From: a bacterium
GTDB lineage: Bacteria > Patescibacteriota > Minisyncoccia > Moranbacterales > UBA1568
NCBI GenBank assembly: GCA_021821305.1
Contig: JAKACP010000001.1
Span: 196,934-260,933 of the forward strand
DNA: 64,000 nt
Direction: 5' to 3'
In this document: positions 27,358 through 37,063 of the stretch, in pieces
Position numbering within the stretch: the stretch's first letter is position 1
How the letters are laid out: the number at the start of each line of letters is the position of its first letter
Program-made: the position numbers and the translations under genes
The notes under the pieces: model-generated
What the model saw: only the letters and a program-made list of their open reading frames with translations
Database searches by the model: none
Told to the model about the DNA's origin: nothing

Positions 27358-29109
27358 ATGCTCACCTTGTTGCTCTTCGCCTTTCTTTCGGGGCTCGTGA
27401 CGATAGCGGCTCCGTGCATCTGGCCGATCCTGCCGATCATCCTCTCTTCGGCGGCGACCGGCGGGAAACGGCGTCCGCTCGGGATCGTGACCGGGTTGGT
27501 CGCGAGTTTCACGGTGGCCACGCTCGCGCTCTCGTCCCTCGTCCGCGCGCTCGGCTTTTCTCCGGACGGCCTCCGACTGTTTTCCGTCGTCGTGATCGCG
27601 CTCCTCGGCGTGTCGCTCCTCGTCCCGGCAGTCGGCACGAGACTCGAGGGTTTCGTCAGCCGCCTCCTGGGGCGTTTCGGGAAGTCCCGGGCCGAGGGAG
27701 CCGGATTCGGCTCCGGATTCCTGACGGGCGCCGCGCTCGGCATCGTCTGGGCTCCCTGTGCCGGGCCGATACTCGCCGCCGTGGCCACGCTCGCCGCGAC
27801 CCGGTCGGTTTCGATCGAAGCGGTGCTGGTGACGCTCGCGTTCGGCGTCGGCATCGGCATACCGCTCTTCCTGTTCGCGATATTCGGACAGAGGCTGTTC
27901 TCGGCCAACCGGTTCCTCCGGGCGTATACGGGACGCATCCAGCAGGTATTCGGCGTCATCATGATACTCGCGGCGTTCGCGATCTATACCGGATATGACA
28001 AGACGCTCCAGTCGAAGCTTCTCGATCTCTTTCCGAACTATGGAAGCTTCCTCAACCGGTTCGAGGACCGGCCGGAAGTCGAGAAAGCGCTCGATGACTT
28101 GCGGAAAGATTCGAGCGGTGGCCTGTCGGGCGATAGGACGGAATCGAAAGCGTCCGAATCGGGACTACCCGTGCTCGGAACGGCACCTGAATTCCGCGGA
28201 ATCTCGAATTGGCTCAATACCGACGGAAAGCCGCTCGCAATGGCGGACCTGCGGGGGAAGGTGGTGCTCGTCGATTTCTGGACGTACAGCTGTATCAACT
28301 GCATCCGGACGCTTCCGTATGTGACTGGATGGTATAAGAAATATAAAGATGACGGATTGGTTGTCGTCGGTGTGCATACGCCGGAATTCGCTTTCGAACA
28401 CAAGACGAAGAACGTGGCGGATGCGATGCGTCGGTATGGTATCGAGTACCCGGTAGCCCAGGACAATGACTATGGGACGTGGCAGGCCTATTCGAACCGC
28501 TACTGGCCGGCGCACTATCTCATCGACGCGGAAGGCCGGGTGCGCTATACGCACTTCGGCGAAGGGAAATACGACGAAACGGAAAAGAATATCCAGAAGC
28601 TCCTCGAGGAAGCCGGGATGATGGCGGAGAAACAAGAAGTGCTTTCGATAACAGGGGAAGGGACGACGCGTGGTCAGACGCCCGAAACCTATCTCGGGCT
28701 CGCCCGCATGGATCGGTTCGCCTCTCCCGAGAGAGCGGAACCGCTGTCCCGGACGTATTCGATCCCGGAGACGATACGGCTCCATTCGTTCGCCTACGGC
28801 GGGGAATGGAATCTCGATGCCGAACGGGCGATGACGGGAACCGGCTCGTCGCTCGCGCTCCGTTTCCGGGGGAACAAGGTGTTCCTCGTGCTCGCGCCGC
28901 CTCCCGGTTCGATCGGGACGGTACGGGTGCTCCTCGATGGAGCGACGGTCACGGGCGATGCGGGCGCGGATGTCGTCGACGGCACGGTGACGGTCGATTC
29001 CGATCGGCTCTACGAGCTCATCGATCTTCATGGAAGGGACGGCGAGCATACGCTCCGCCTCGAGTTCGACACCCCGGGGACCGCCGCATACGCCTTCACG
29101 TTCGGATAG
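27358..29109 (+). CDS. CcdA/DsbD-family thiol:disulfide membrane transporter fused to a TlpA-like thioredoxin and a C-terminal domain
   Basis: TM Cys motifs (APCIWP, WAPCAGP) and a WTYSCINCIRT thioredoxin-like motif. Confidence 0.7.
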   Translation: MLTLLLFAFLSGLVTIAAPCIWPILPIILSSAATGGKRRPLGIVTGLVASFTVATLALSSLVRALGFSPDGLRLFSVVVIALLGVSLLVPAVGTRLEGFVSRLLGRFGKSRAEGAGFGSGFLTGAALGIVWAPCAGPILAAVATLAATRSVSIEAVLVTLAFGVGIGIPLFLFAIFGQRLFSANRFLRAYTGRIQQVFGVIMILAAFAIYTGYDKTLQSKLLDLFPNYGSFLNRFEDRPEVEKALDDLRKDSSGGLSGDRTESKASESGLPVLGTAPEFRGISNWLNTDGKPLAMADLRGKVVLVDFWTYSCINCIRTLPYVTGWYKKYKDDGLVVVGVHTPEFAFEHKTKNVADAMRRYGIEYPVAQDNDYGTWQAYSNRYWPAHYLIDAEGRVRYTHFGEGKYDETEKNIQKLLEEAGMMAEKQEVLSITGEGTTRGQTPETYLGLARMDRFASPERAEPLSRTYSIPETIRLHSFAYGGEWNLDAERAMTGTGSSLALRFRGNKVFLVLAPPPGSIGTVRVLLDGATVTGDAGADVVDGTVTVDSDRLYELIDLHGRDGEHTLRLEFDTPGTAAYAFTFG

Positions 29110-29167
29110 GATGGTGGACTGTCAAAGGGCGCCCGGAAGGGCGTTTTTTGTTTTTTCCGTTCCATGC

Positions 29168-29208
29168 TATACTCCATGTACCCATACCCTGGGTACGGGT
29201 ACGGAGTA
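29168..29208. promoter_or_regulatory. Candidate CsoR operator (GC-rich inverted repeat) overlapping the csoR promoter
   Basis: atactccatgtacccataccctgggtacgggtacggagtat forms a TACCC...GGGTA palindrome. A tatact -10 is at 29167-29172. Confidence 0.5.
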
Positions 29209-29229
29209 TTCATAAGGATAAAGAAGAGT

Positions 29230-29508
29230 ATGGATCATCACAAGAACCGCGAGAAGGTGCTCGTGAATTACCGGAAGGCGAGAGGGCTCCTTGAGAAGCT
29301 GATCGACATGACCGAGAACGGGAAGTATTGCGTCGACATCATGACGCAGAACCTCGCGGTCGCCGGGCTGCTCCGGTCGGTGCAGGAGATGCTTCTCGAG
29401 GATCACTTGAACTCCTGTTTCCGCGGCGCGATGGAGAGCGGAAGCGAAAAAAAGAAACGGGCGATGATCGATGAGATCCTCACGGTGACGAAACTCAACA
29501 ACAAATGA
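29230..29508 (+). CDS. csoR: Copper-sensing transcriptional repressor CsoR
   Basis: DUF156 family with a Cys...His...Cys layout (YCVDIM...EDHLNSCF). It leads the copper island. Confidence 0.7.
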   Translation: MDHHKNREKVLVNYRKARGLLEKLIDMTENGKYCVDIMTQNLAVAGLLRSVQEMLLEDHLNSCFRGAMESGSEKKKRAMIDEILTVTKLNNK

Positions 29509-30866
29509 TTATGAACAAGAAAGTTTTCCCCGTGAAGGGCATGCACTGCAAATCATGCGAGATACTGGCCGAGGAGGAGCTCGCGAAGGTCGCGGGAGTG
29601 AAGAAGGCGGCCACGGATTTCCGGAGCGGGACCGTGACTATTTTCTATGAAGGGGAGGCACCGTCGGATGCCGCGCTCGCGGACGCGATCCGGCGCGCCG
29701 GATACGAGGTCGGAGAGAACGATCGCGCGTGGTTCTCGCGGGATTTCTCCTCCTATCTGGAGACGCTCGCCGCCGCCGTTCTCGTCGGCGTCTTCTATCT
29801 CGTCGGGAAGAGCCAGGGATGGTTCTCACTTTCACTCGGGACGAGCGAGGGACTTGAGAGTCTCCCATTCGTCTTCGTGGTCGGGCTGACGGCCGGGGTT
29901 TCCACTTGCATGGCGATCGTCGGCGGTCTGGTGCTCGCGATTTCCGCACGCTTCGGCGAGCGGCACCCGGAGGCGAGCACGAAGCGCAAATTCGTCCCGC
30001 ACCTTTTCTTCAATCTCGGGCGGGTGGGCGGATTCACGCTCCTGGGCGGATTCCTCGGCTTTCTCGGGTCGACGATACAGCCCTCCGCGTTTTCGGTCGG
30101 TATCATCACTGCCCTCGTCGCGATCGTCATGGTGCTGCTCGGTCTCCAGCTCCTTGAGCTTTTTCCGCGGATTTCCGCATGGAAAGTGATGCTTCCGAAA
30201 GGAATCGCGAGAGTTCTTGGCATTCAAACGCATTCGCAGAAGGAATACAGTCATGGAAGGGCGGCGTTGCTCGGCGCGCTCACGTTCTTTCTCCCGTGCG
30301 GCTTCACGCAGGCGGTCCAGCTCTTCGTCGTGACCCAAGGAGACATACTTCTCGGCGCACTCACGATGGGAACGTTCGCGTTCGGGACGGCACCGGGGCT
30401 GCTTGGAATCGGTGGGCTTTCCTCGGTCGTCAGGGGCGTGTTCGGACGGTACTTCTTCCGGACGGCCGGTGTCGCGGTCATCGCGCTCGGCGCGTTCAAT
30501 TTTCAGAACGGGCTGAACCTGCTCAATCTCGGAAAAGTGCAGGTGGTCGCTCCGGAGGCGCAGGAGGCGGTGAAAGGATCGTCTCCGCAGGAAAAGAAAG
30601 AGCCGCAGGTCATCCATATGACGCAGGAGGCGGACGGATACTATCCGAATGAGTTTACGGTGAAGAAGGGCCAGCCGGTGCAATGGGTGATCGATTCGAA
30701 AGATTCGTATACCTGCGCTGTATCACTTATTGCCCCGAAGATCGGCGTGAAAAGGATTCTTCAGTCCGGCGAGAATGTCGTCACCTTCACGCCCAAAGCG
30801 GTCGGGACGATTCCGTTCTCCTGCTCGATGGGGATGTATCGCGGTGTTATCAAAGTCATCGAATAA
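29505..30866 (+). CDS. Fusion protein: HMA (MxCxxC) domain + multi-TM domain + C-terminal cupredoxin-like domain
   Basis: N-terminal GMHCKSCE; ~8 TM helices; the C-terminal ~90 aa have the Cys/Met pattern of a cupredoxin fold. Confidence 0.6.
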   Translation: MIMNKKVFPVKGMHCKSCEILAEEELAKVAGVKKAATDFRSGTVTIFYEGEAPSDAALADAIRRAGYEVGENDRAWFSRDFSSYLETLAAAVLVGVFYLVGKSQGWFSLSLGTSEGLESLPFVFVVGLTAGVSTCMAIVGGLVLAISARFGERHPEASTKRKFVPHLFFNLGRVGGFTLLGGFLGFLGSTIQPSAFSVGIITALVAIVMVLLGLQLLELFPRISAWKVMLPKGIARVLGIQTHSQKEYSHGRAALLGALTFFLPCGFTQAVQLFVVTQGDILLGALTMGTFAFGTAPGLLGIGGLSSVVRGVFGRYFFRTAGVAVIALGAFNFQNGLNLLNLGKVQVVAPEAQEAVKGSSPQEKKEPQVIHMTQEADGYYPNEFTVKKGQPVQWVIDSKDSYTCAVSLIAPKIGVKRILQSGENVVTFTPKAVGTIPFSCSMGMYRGVIKVIE

Positions 30867-30912
30867 TTCCACGGTAGGTATGGCGTAATATTAAGTCGAT
30901 AGGAACAGTCAT

Positions 30913-31239
30913 ATGAAACTCGGCATCATCCTGCAGTCCAACATCCCGGAGCATGTGTGGAATACATTCCGTCTCGGGATCACCGCGCTCAATGCCGGTC
31001 ATGAAGTGGATGTTTTCCTCCTGAACGAAGGATCGGAGCTCGAAACCGTTCCCGATAGCGAAACGTTCGATGTCTCCGTAAAAGTGAAGGAATTCAAGGA
31101 GTTGCAAGGGAATATCCGTGCCTGCGGGACCTGCCTTCAGGTGCGTGGCAGGGAAGGCTCTGGAACGTGTCCGGTTTCCACGATGTCCGATCTGCTCGGA
31201 ATGATCGAGCGTTCGGACAAGGTGCTGGTATTCGGTTGA
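30913..31239 (+). CDS. DsrE/DsrF-like family protein
   Basis: 108 aa with the DsrE-like Rossmann-like pattern and a conserved Cys (ACGTCL). Confidence 0.5.
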   Translation: MKLGIILQSNIPEHVWNTFRLGITALNAGHEVDVFLLNEGSELETVPDSETFDVSVKVKEFKELQGNIRACGTCLQVRGREGSGTCPVSTMSDLLGMIERSDKVLVFG

Positions 31240-31267
31240 TCGATGATAAATCAGTAAGAATACGCGT

Positions 31268-31528
31268 ATGATGTGGGGTTTCGACGGTGGACCGGCATGG
31301 TCCGGATTCGGATGGTTCGGCGGGGTATTCATGATCCTATGGTGGGTCGTGATCATTGCCGGTATCATCGCGCTTGTGAAGTGGATCGCGGCTTCCTCGG
31401 GCGGGTCGCATGAGTCGTGCGGTCATGAGAAGCGCGGCGACAGCGCGATGGATATCCTCAAGGAGCGCTATGCGAGCGGAGAGATCGACAAGAAGGAATT
31501 CGAGGAAAAAAAGAAGGATATAAGCTGA
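31268..31528 (+). CDS. SHOCT-domain membrane protein
   Basis: N-terminal TM helix and a C-terminal [27 protein letters not shown] pattern. Confidence 0.55.
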   Translation: MMWGFDGGPAWSGFGWFGGVFMILWWVVIIAGIIALVKWIAASSGGSHESCGHEKRGDSAMDILKERYASGEIDKKEFEEKKKDIS

Positions 31529-31535
31529 AACGGAT

Positions 31536-33809
31536 ATGAACGAACCGAAAACATTCGCCATCAAAGGGATGCACTGCGCGTCGTGCGCGGGTATCATCGA
31601 GAAGACCTTCCGGAAAACGGAGGGCGTGATTTCGGCTGAGGTGAATTACGGTACCGAGACCGCCAAAGTCGCGTTCGACGCCGCGAAAACCGATCCGGGC
31701 CGTCTATCGGAGAGCATCAAACCGTTTGGGTATTCACTGGAGGTCCCGCTGGCGGAGGATCATTCGATGCATACTGGCGCGGGACAATCGAAACACGAGA
31801 AATTGATGGAGCTCGATGAGATGAGGAAGAAAGTCGTCTCGGTGCTTTTCTTGGCCGCTTTTGCCGCGCTCATCATGGGCTGGGATATCCTCGCGGAATT
31901 CGGCATCATTCCCGCGATGTCCTATACGGTGGAAGAATTCCTGCATCACCTGCTTCCGCTCTTCGCGACCTACACCCTCTTCGTTGTTGGGCAGCCGTAT
32001 CTCGCGGGCGTCTATCGGTTCCTCCGGTACGGCAAGGCGAATATGGATACGCTCATCGGTATCGGGACCTCCGCGGCGTTTCTCTACAGCTTCGCCGTCT
32101 CCGCGCTCGAGGACGTGCTCCGACCGTTTATCGATGTCGAAAATACCTACTACGACGTGACGATCGTCGTCATCGCGTTCATCACGCTCGGGAAATATCT
32201 CGAGGCGCGGTCGAAGCTCAGGACCGGAGATGCGATCGAGAAGCTCCTGAACCTGCAAGCGAAGACCGCTCTCGTCATCCGTGACGGCAAGGAGATCGAA
32301 ATCCCGGTGGGCGAGGTCGTGGTCGGCGACACGGTCATCGTGAAACCGGCATCGAAGATCCCGGTCGACGGCGTCGTCCTTGAGGGCCTTTCGTACGTCG
32401 ATGAGTCGATGCTCTCCGGTGAGCCGATGCCGCTTGAAAAAGAGGCGGGTGATACGGTAGCCGCCGGGACGATGAATACGAGCGGCACGTTCACGTTCGA
32501 GGCGACGAAAATCGGACAAGAGACGATGCTCGCGCATATCGTGAAGATGGTGTCGGAAGCGCAGGGGAGCAAGGCTCCGATCCAGGCCATGGCCGACCGC
32601 ATCTCGGCGGTGTTCGTCCCCATCGTGCTCGTGATCGCGGTCGTGGCGCTCGCCGCGTGGCTCTTTTTCGGGACGCAGTCCTTCGGATTTTCGCAGGCGC
32701 TTTCGTACGGGTTGGTCTCCTTCGTCTCCGTGCTCATCATCGCGTGTCCGTGCGCTTTGGGGCTCGCGACGCCGACGGCGATCATCGTCGGGGTCGGCAA
32801 GGGCGCACGGGAAGGCATCCTCGTCAAGGATGCGGCGACGCTCGAAAAGCTTCATGAGGCGACGGTCGTGGTCGTCGATAAGACCGGGACGATCACGAAA
32901 GGGAAACCGGAGATCGCGGCCATACGGCCGTCCGAGGGACACACGGAGAAGGAGATCGTCTCGATACTCGCCTCCCTCGAGTCCCGGTCCGAGCATCCGA
33001 TAGCCGACGCAATCGTTTCCTATGCGAAGGAAAACAGTATCGATACGGTCCCGGTCGGGCAGTTCGAAATGCTGAGAGGCAGGGGAGTGCGCGGGATCAT
33101 CGATGGCACGGAGTACTCCGCGGGCAACGCGAAGTTCATGAAAGATCTCAAGCTACCGTTCGACGCGGCGTCCGTAGGACAGGAAACGCGGGAAGGGAAG
33201 ACCCCGGTCATCCTAGCTACCCGTGAAGCGGTGCTCGGTGTCGTCTTCGTCGCCGATGCGGTCAAACCGGAGGCACGGAAGGCGGTGGAAGATCTCCACG
33301 CGCTCGGGATACGGGTCGTGATGTTGACCGGGGACGACCGGAATACCGCCCGATTCATCGCGGACAGCGTCGGTATCAAGGATGTGGAGGCTGAGGTGCT
33401 CCCGGAGGGAAAGATGGCCGTAGTGAGGGCGCTCCAGGCGAAAGGCGAGATCGTGGCGATGGTCGGCGACGGTGTCAACGACGCGCCGGCGCTCGCGGCC
33501 GCCGATATCGGTATCGCGATGAGCACGGGGACGGATGCCGCGATAGAATCGGCCGGCGTGACGCTCCTTCATGGCGATATCTCGAAGCTCGTGAAAGCGG
33601 TCCGGCTCTCGAAGATCACGATGCGCGGCATCAGGCAGAATCTCTTCTGGGCGTTCGCGTACAACATCGTCGGGATTCCGCTCGCGGCCGGCCTCTTCTA
33701 CCCGGTCTTCGGATGGCTGCTCAATCCGGTGTTCGCCGGACTCGCCATGGCGCTTTCTTCCGTGTCGGTCGTGTCTAACTCGCTTCGCCTGAAGGCGAAA
33801 AAATTGTAA
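31536..33809 (+). CDS. copA: Copper-translocating P-type ATPase
   Basis: HMA GMHCASCA, TGE, CPC (ACPCALGLA), DKTGT, and GDGVNDAPAL. Confidence 0.9.
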   Translation: MNEPKTFAIKGMHCASCAGIIEKTFRKTEGVISAEVNYGTETAKVAFDAAKTDPGRLSESIKPFGYSLEVPLAEDHSMHTGAGQSKHEKLMELDEMRKKVVSVLFLAAFAALIMGWDILAEFGIIPAMSYTVEEFLHHLLPLFATYTLFVVGQPYLAGVYRFLRYGKANMDTLIGIGTSAAFLYSFAVSALEDVLRPFIDVENTYYDVTIVVIAFITLGKYLEARSKLRTGDAIEKLLNLQAKTALVIRDGKEIEIPVGEVVVGDTVIVKPASKIPVDGVVLEGLSYVDESMLSGEPMPLEKEAGDTVAAGTMNTSGTFTFEATKIGQETMLAHIVKMVSEAQGSKAPIQAMADRISAVFVPIVLVIAVVALAAWLFFGTQSFGFSQALSYGLVSFVSVLIIACPCALGLATPTAIIVGVGKGAREGILVKDAATLEKLHEATVVVVDKTGTITKGKPEIAAIRPSEGHTEKEIVSILASLESRSEHPIADAIVSYAKENSIDTVPVGQFEMLRGRGVRGIIDGTEYSAGNAKFMKDLKLPFDAASVGQETREGKTPVILATREAVLGVVFVADAVKPEARKAVEDLHALGIRVVMLTGDDRNTARFIADSVGIKDVEAEVLPEGKMAVVRALQAKGEIVAMVGDGVNDAPALAAADIGIAMSTGTDAAIESAGVTLLHGDISKLVKAVRLSKITMRGIRQNLFWAFAYNIVGIPLAAGLFYPVFGWLLNPVFAGLAMALSSVSVVSNSLRLKAKKL

Positions 33810-33948
33810 TTCAGAACTTATGCGTTTGGTACATTTCTTTGTTGCCGCTCCGGTACTCGACGCGGTACATGTATCAGTACAGCTTACTCCGTTCCTCGCG
33901 GCGCCTCGAACTGTACTCAAACGCATAAGTCCTGTAATCACTTAATGC

Positions 33949-35577
33949 ATGCGTATGATGAAAATAATTTTTGCGATCATCGTCTTCGCGGCGATCGCGG
34001 GAGGAATATATGTTTTGACGGGCGGCCCGGGTGTCCGCAACGGAAGCCCGGCATCATCCGCGGTTCCGGCAACCGGAGTGTTTCCGCAGGATGTTTCCGA
34101 CCTTCCGGAGGCGAAACCGACTCCCGAGATCACGCTTGGGGACGGGGAGACATACGATGTCGGGATTTTCCCGGTGAAGAAGAAGATCGGCGACACGTGG
34201 GTGCGGATGCTCTCGTACAACGGATCCGTCCCGGGACCGGTTTTCCGCGTGAAGGAAGGCGCGGAAGCGACGATCCGTCTCAAGAACGACGGCGACCTCG
34301 AAACGACGCTCCACTCGCACGGATTGCGTCTCGAGAACCTCTTCGACGGCGTACCAGGCGTGACGCAGGAGCCGATCAAAGTCGGCGATACCTTCGAATA
34401 CCGTCTGAAATTTTCCGATCCTGGTATGTACTGGTATCACCCGCACGTGCGGACGGATTACGGGCTCGAGGCGGGGCTCTACGGGACATATATCGTCGAT
34501 CCGACGGATGCGGGGTACTGGCCGAAGGCGAATCGCGAACTCTCGCTCACGCTCGACGATATCGCGCTCGGAAAAGATGGTCGTCCGCTTTCCTTCGACC
34601 GCGGTGAGACGGACCACACGCTCATGGGGCGGTTCGGCGACACGATGTTCGTGAACGGCGAGACGGACTACCGGTTCGCCGCGGCACCGGGGGAGGTTGT
34701 CCGGCTCTACCTCGTCAATACGGCGAATGTCCGCCCGTTCGATTTCACGATTCCCGGCGCGAAGATGAAACTCGTCGGTGCGGACCTCGGGCGGTATGCG
34801 CGCGAGACGTTCGTCGAAAGCGTCATGCTTTCGCCCGGTGAACGGAGAGTGGTCGATGTCCTCTTCGGAATGCCCGGAGAATTCCCGATCGAGCACCGGA
34901 CCCCGGAGAAACGGTATGCGCTCGGATCGGTCTCCGTCTCCGGAAGCCCGATCGCGGTATCGTACGCCGAGGAATTCGCCGCTCTTCGGGAGAATAGGGC
35001 GGTCGCGGAAGAGATGAATCCGCTCTTCGGTGAGTACCTCTCAAAGGCGCCGGACAAGAAGCTCGATCTCACGCTCGCGATGGGCGGGATGATGGGGGCG
35101 CCCTCGGGGATGCACCGGATGTCCGGTGGCGGGATGATGGAGGACGCGATGATGGGCATGGGGGACGACGGCGAAACCATCGAGTGGGAAGACGAGATGG
35201 CGGCGATGAATACGGGTTCGACAACCAAGACCCTCACGTGGAAACTCCGCGATGCCGCGACGGGCAAGGAGAACATGAGGATCGATGATTGGAAATTCAA
35301 AGTCGGTGACAAAGTGAAAATCCGGATATTCAATGATTCCTCCTCGATGCATCCGATGCAGCACCCGATACATTTCCACGGCCAGCGCTTCGTCGTGCTC
35401 TCGACGAACGGCGTCAGGAACGCCGATCCCGTCTGGCAGGACACGACGCTCCTCCCGAAGGGCGAGACCGTCGACATCCTCCTCGAGCTTACGAACCCGG
35501 GAGAGTGGATGGCGCACTGCCATATCGTCGAACATGCCGAAGCGGGAATGATGATGACCTTTTCAGTCGAAAAGTAA
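33949..35577 (+). CDS. Multicopper oxidase (CueO/CopA-like) with a Met-rich insert
   Basis: Copper-ligand motifs HSHG, WYHPH, HPIHFHG, HCHIVEHAEAGMM. Met-rich loop MGGMMGAPSGMHRMSGGGMMEDAMMGMG. Confidence 0.85.
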   Translation: MRMMKIIFAIIVFAAIAGGIYVLTGGPGVRNGSPASSAVPATGVFPQDVSDLPEAKPTPEITLGDGETYDVGIFPVKKKIGDTWVRMLSYNGSVPGPVFRVKEGAEATIRLKNDGDLETTLHSHGLRLENLFDGVPGVTQEPIKVGDTFEYRLKFSDPGMYWYHPHVRTDYGLEAGLYGTYIVDPTDAGYWPKANRELSLTLDDIALGKDGRPLSFDRGETDHTLMGRFGDTMFVNGETDYRFAAAPGEVVRLYLVNTANVRPFDFTIPGAKMKLVGADLGRYARETFVESVMLSPGERRVVDVLFGMPGEFPIEHRTPEKRYALGSVSVSGSPIAVSYAEEFAALRENRAVAEEMNPLFGEYLSKAPDKKLDLTLAMGGMMGAPSGMHRMSGGGMMEDAMMGMGDDGETIEWEDEMAAMNTGSTTKTLTWKLRDAATGKENMRIDDWKFKVGDKVKIRIFNDSSSMHPMQHPIHFHGQRFVVLSTNGVRNADPVWQDTTLLPKGETVDILLELTNPGEWMAHCHIVEHAEAGMMMTFSVEK

Positions 35578-35605
35578 GTGGATGTAACAAGTAAGGACCA
35601 AACAT

Positions 35606-36013
35606 ATGCAGGAATCGATCATGACGACGCCGTACGGATACTCCGTGCGTGTCAAGGCCTCCTTCAGGGAGGCGGTGGAGCGGGTGAAGGAGGCGTTCGC
35701 GGCCGAAAAGTTCGGCGTCCTTTCGGAAATCGACGTGAAGGCGAAAATGAAGGAGAAGCTCGGGGAAGATATGGAGGACTATGTCATCCTCGGGATGTGC
35801 AATCCGAAACTCGCGTACGGGGCGCTCCGGATGGAAACCGAGATCGGCCTTCTCCTCCCATGCAACGTGATCGTCTACCGCACGGACGGCGTGACGCATG
35901 TCGCTGCCCAACGGCCGCAGGTGATGCTCGCCGTCACCGGGAACGAATCGATCGTCGCCGCCGCGGAGGAAGCGGACGAGAAAATCCTCCGCGCGATCCG
36001 ATCACTCGTATAG
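35606..36013 (+). CDS. DUF302-domain protein
   Basis: 135-aa family pattern that commonly sits in metal/sulfur operons. Confidence 0.5.
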   Translation: MQESIMTTPYGYSVRVKASFREAVERVKEAFAAEKFGVLSEIDVKAKMKEKLGEDMEDYVILGMCNPKLAYGALRMETEIGLLLPCNVIVYRTDGVTHVAAQRPQVMLAVTGNESIVAAAEEADEKILRAIRSLV

Positions 36014-36028
36014 TGAGAGTTCCGTCAT

Positions 36029-36595
36029 ATGAAAGGAATCCTCATCGTCCTTCTCGTCGTTTTTTCCGTGATGGAAATCATGGCGTGGAAGGTGTATACG
36101 GCTTCGAAAGAGGAGCGGCAAGCGGATAGTTCCGTACAGGGCGTACCGATCTCGGCCCAAACAGGCATCGCGTCGGCTCCTCCCGAGGAGACGGATGCGA
36201 ATATCGCGGAGGATGCGGAACCGTCGGCCGAAAAAAACGTCGCCGACCTGCCCGCCGGCGATACCGGGAGCGAGGAGAACGCGACGTATCCGCGCATCAG
36301 TGTGGAAGAAAAAAACGGAGTGACGGAGCGGACGATCCACATGGGGGTGCGACAATGGGCGTGGGATCCGGCGGAGATACGCGCGAAACAGGGCGAACTC
36401 GTGCGGCTCGTGATCCACAACGCCGACGTGCGGCACGCGATCGTCATACCCGATCTCGGCGTCGAGGCGGATATTCCCGAAGAGGGAGCTATCGTCGAAT
36501 TCACCGCGTCCCGGCGAGGGACATTCGATTTCCTGTGTGCCACCTATTGCGGGACGGGCCATGCCATGATGCAGGGGAGAATAGTCATCGAATGA
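36029..36595 (+). CDS. Membrane-anchored cupredoxin with a CuA-like Cys-x3-Cys-x3-His-x2-Met site
   Basis: C-terminal FLCATYCGTGHAMMQG. Confidence 0.6.
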   Translation: MKGILIVLLVVFSVMEIMAWKVYTASKEERQADSSVQGVPISAQTGIASAPPEETDANIAEDAEPSAEKNVADLPAGDTGSEENATYPRISVEEKNGVTERTIHMGVRQWAWDPAEIRAKQGELVRLVIHNADVRHAIVIPDLGVEADIPEEGAIVEFTASRRGTFDFLCATYCGTGHAMMQGRIVIE

Positions 36596-36797
36596 TTCGC
36601 CGCAAGCAAATCTCCGCATCTCTTGTAGTAAGGGAGAGAGACTGCTCTTGTGTGCCCACCTCCATTTTTAAACGATCCGCGCGAGCACTCATATGAACCC
36701 TCCGGTTGCCCTTACGGCTGGCCGTGCGACCGATGCGGCCTTGGTGAAAATGGCTGGGCTGCATTAAGTATTTTGATAGAGGAAAGAGGTGAAACAT

Positions 36798-36941
36798 ATG
36801 ATGGGATATTATTACGGCGACATGATGGGTGGCTCCGGGTGGGGCGCGTGGCCTTTGTTCGGGTCGGTGCTTTACGTGCTCGTGCTCGTGCTCATGGTGC
36901 TCGGTATCGTCGCGCTGTGGAAGTACATCGCGAAGAAGTGA
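36798..36941 (+). CDS. 47-aa single-TM peptide resembling the N-terminus of the SHOCT protein at 31268
   Basis: MMGYYYGDMMGGSGWGAWPLF...VLVL...LWKYIAKK parallels [19 protein letters not shown]...ALVKWIA. Confidence 0.3.
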   Translation: MMGYYYGDMMGGSGWGAWPLFGSVLYVLVLVLMVLGIVALWKYIAKK

Positions 36942-37063
36942 CCGCTGATATCGGATCGGGTGGCGGCTCCCCGGTTTGACAGGGTGGCTTTTTTCGGGCA
37001 TAATGAACGGTGATCAGGGAAAGGCGGCGACGCCTTTTTCTTGTCGTTTTTTAGAAAGGATCT

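Noticed and set aside
36650-36979. ORF 36650-36979 (109 aa) in the intergenic region after the cupredoxin gene
   Set aside because: Low-complexity translation with no RBS. It overlaps the small TM peptide gene in another frame, so it is likely non-coding.
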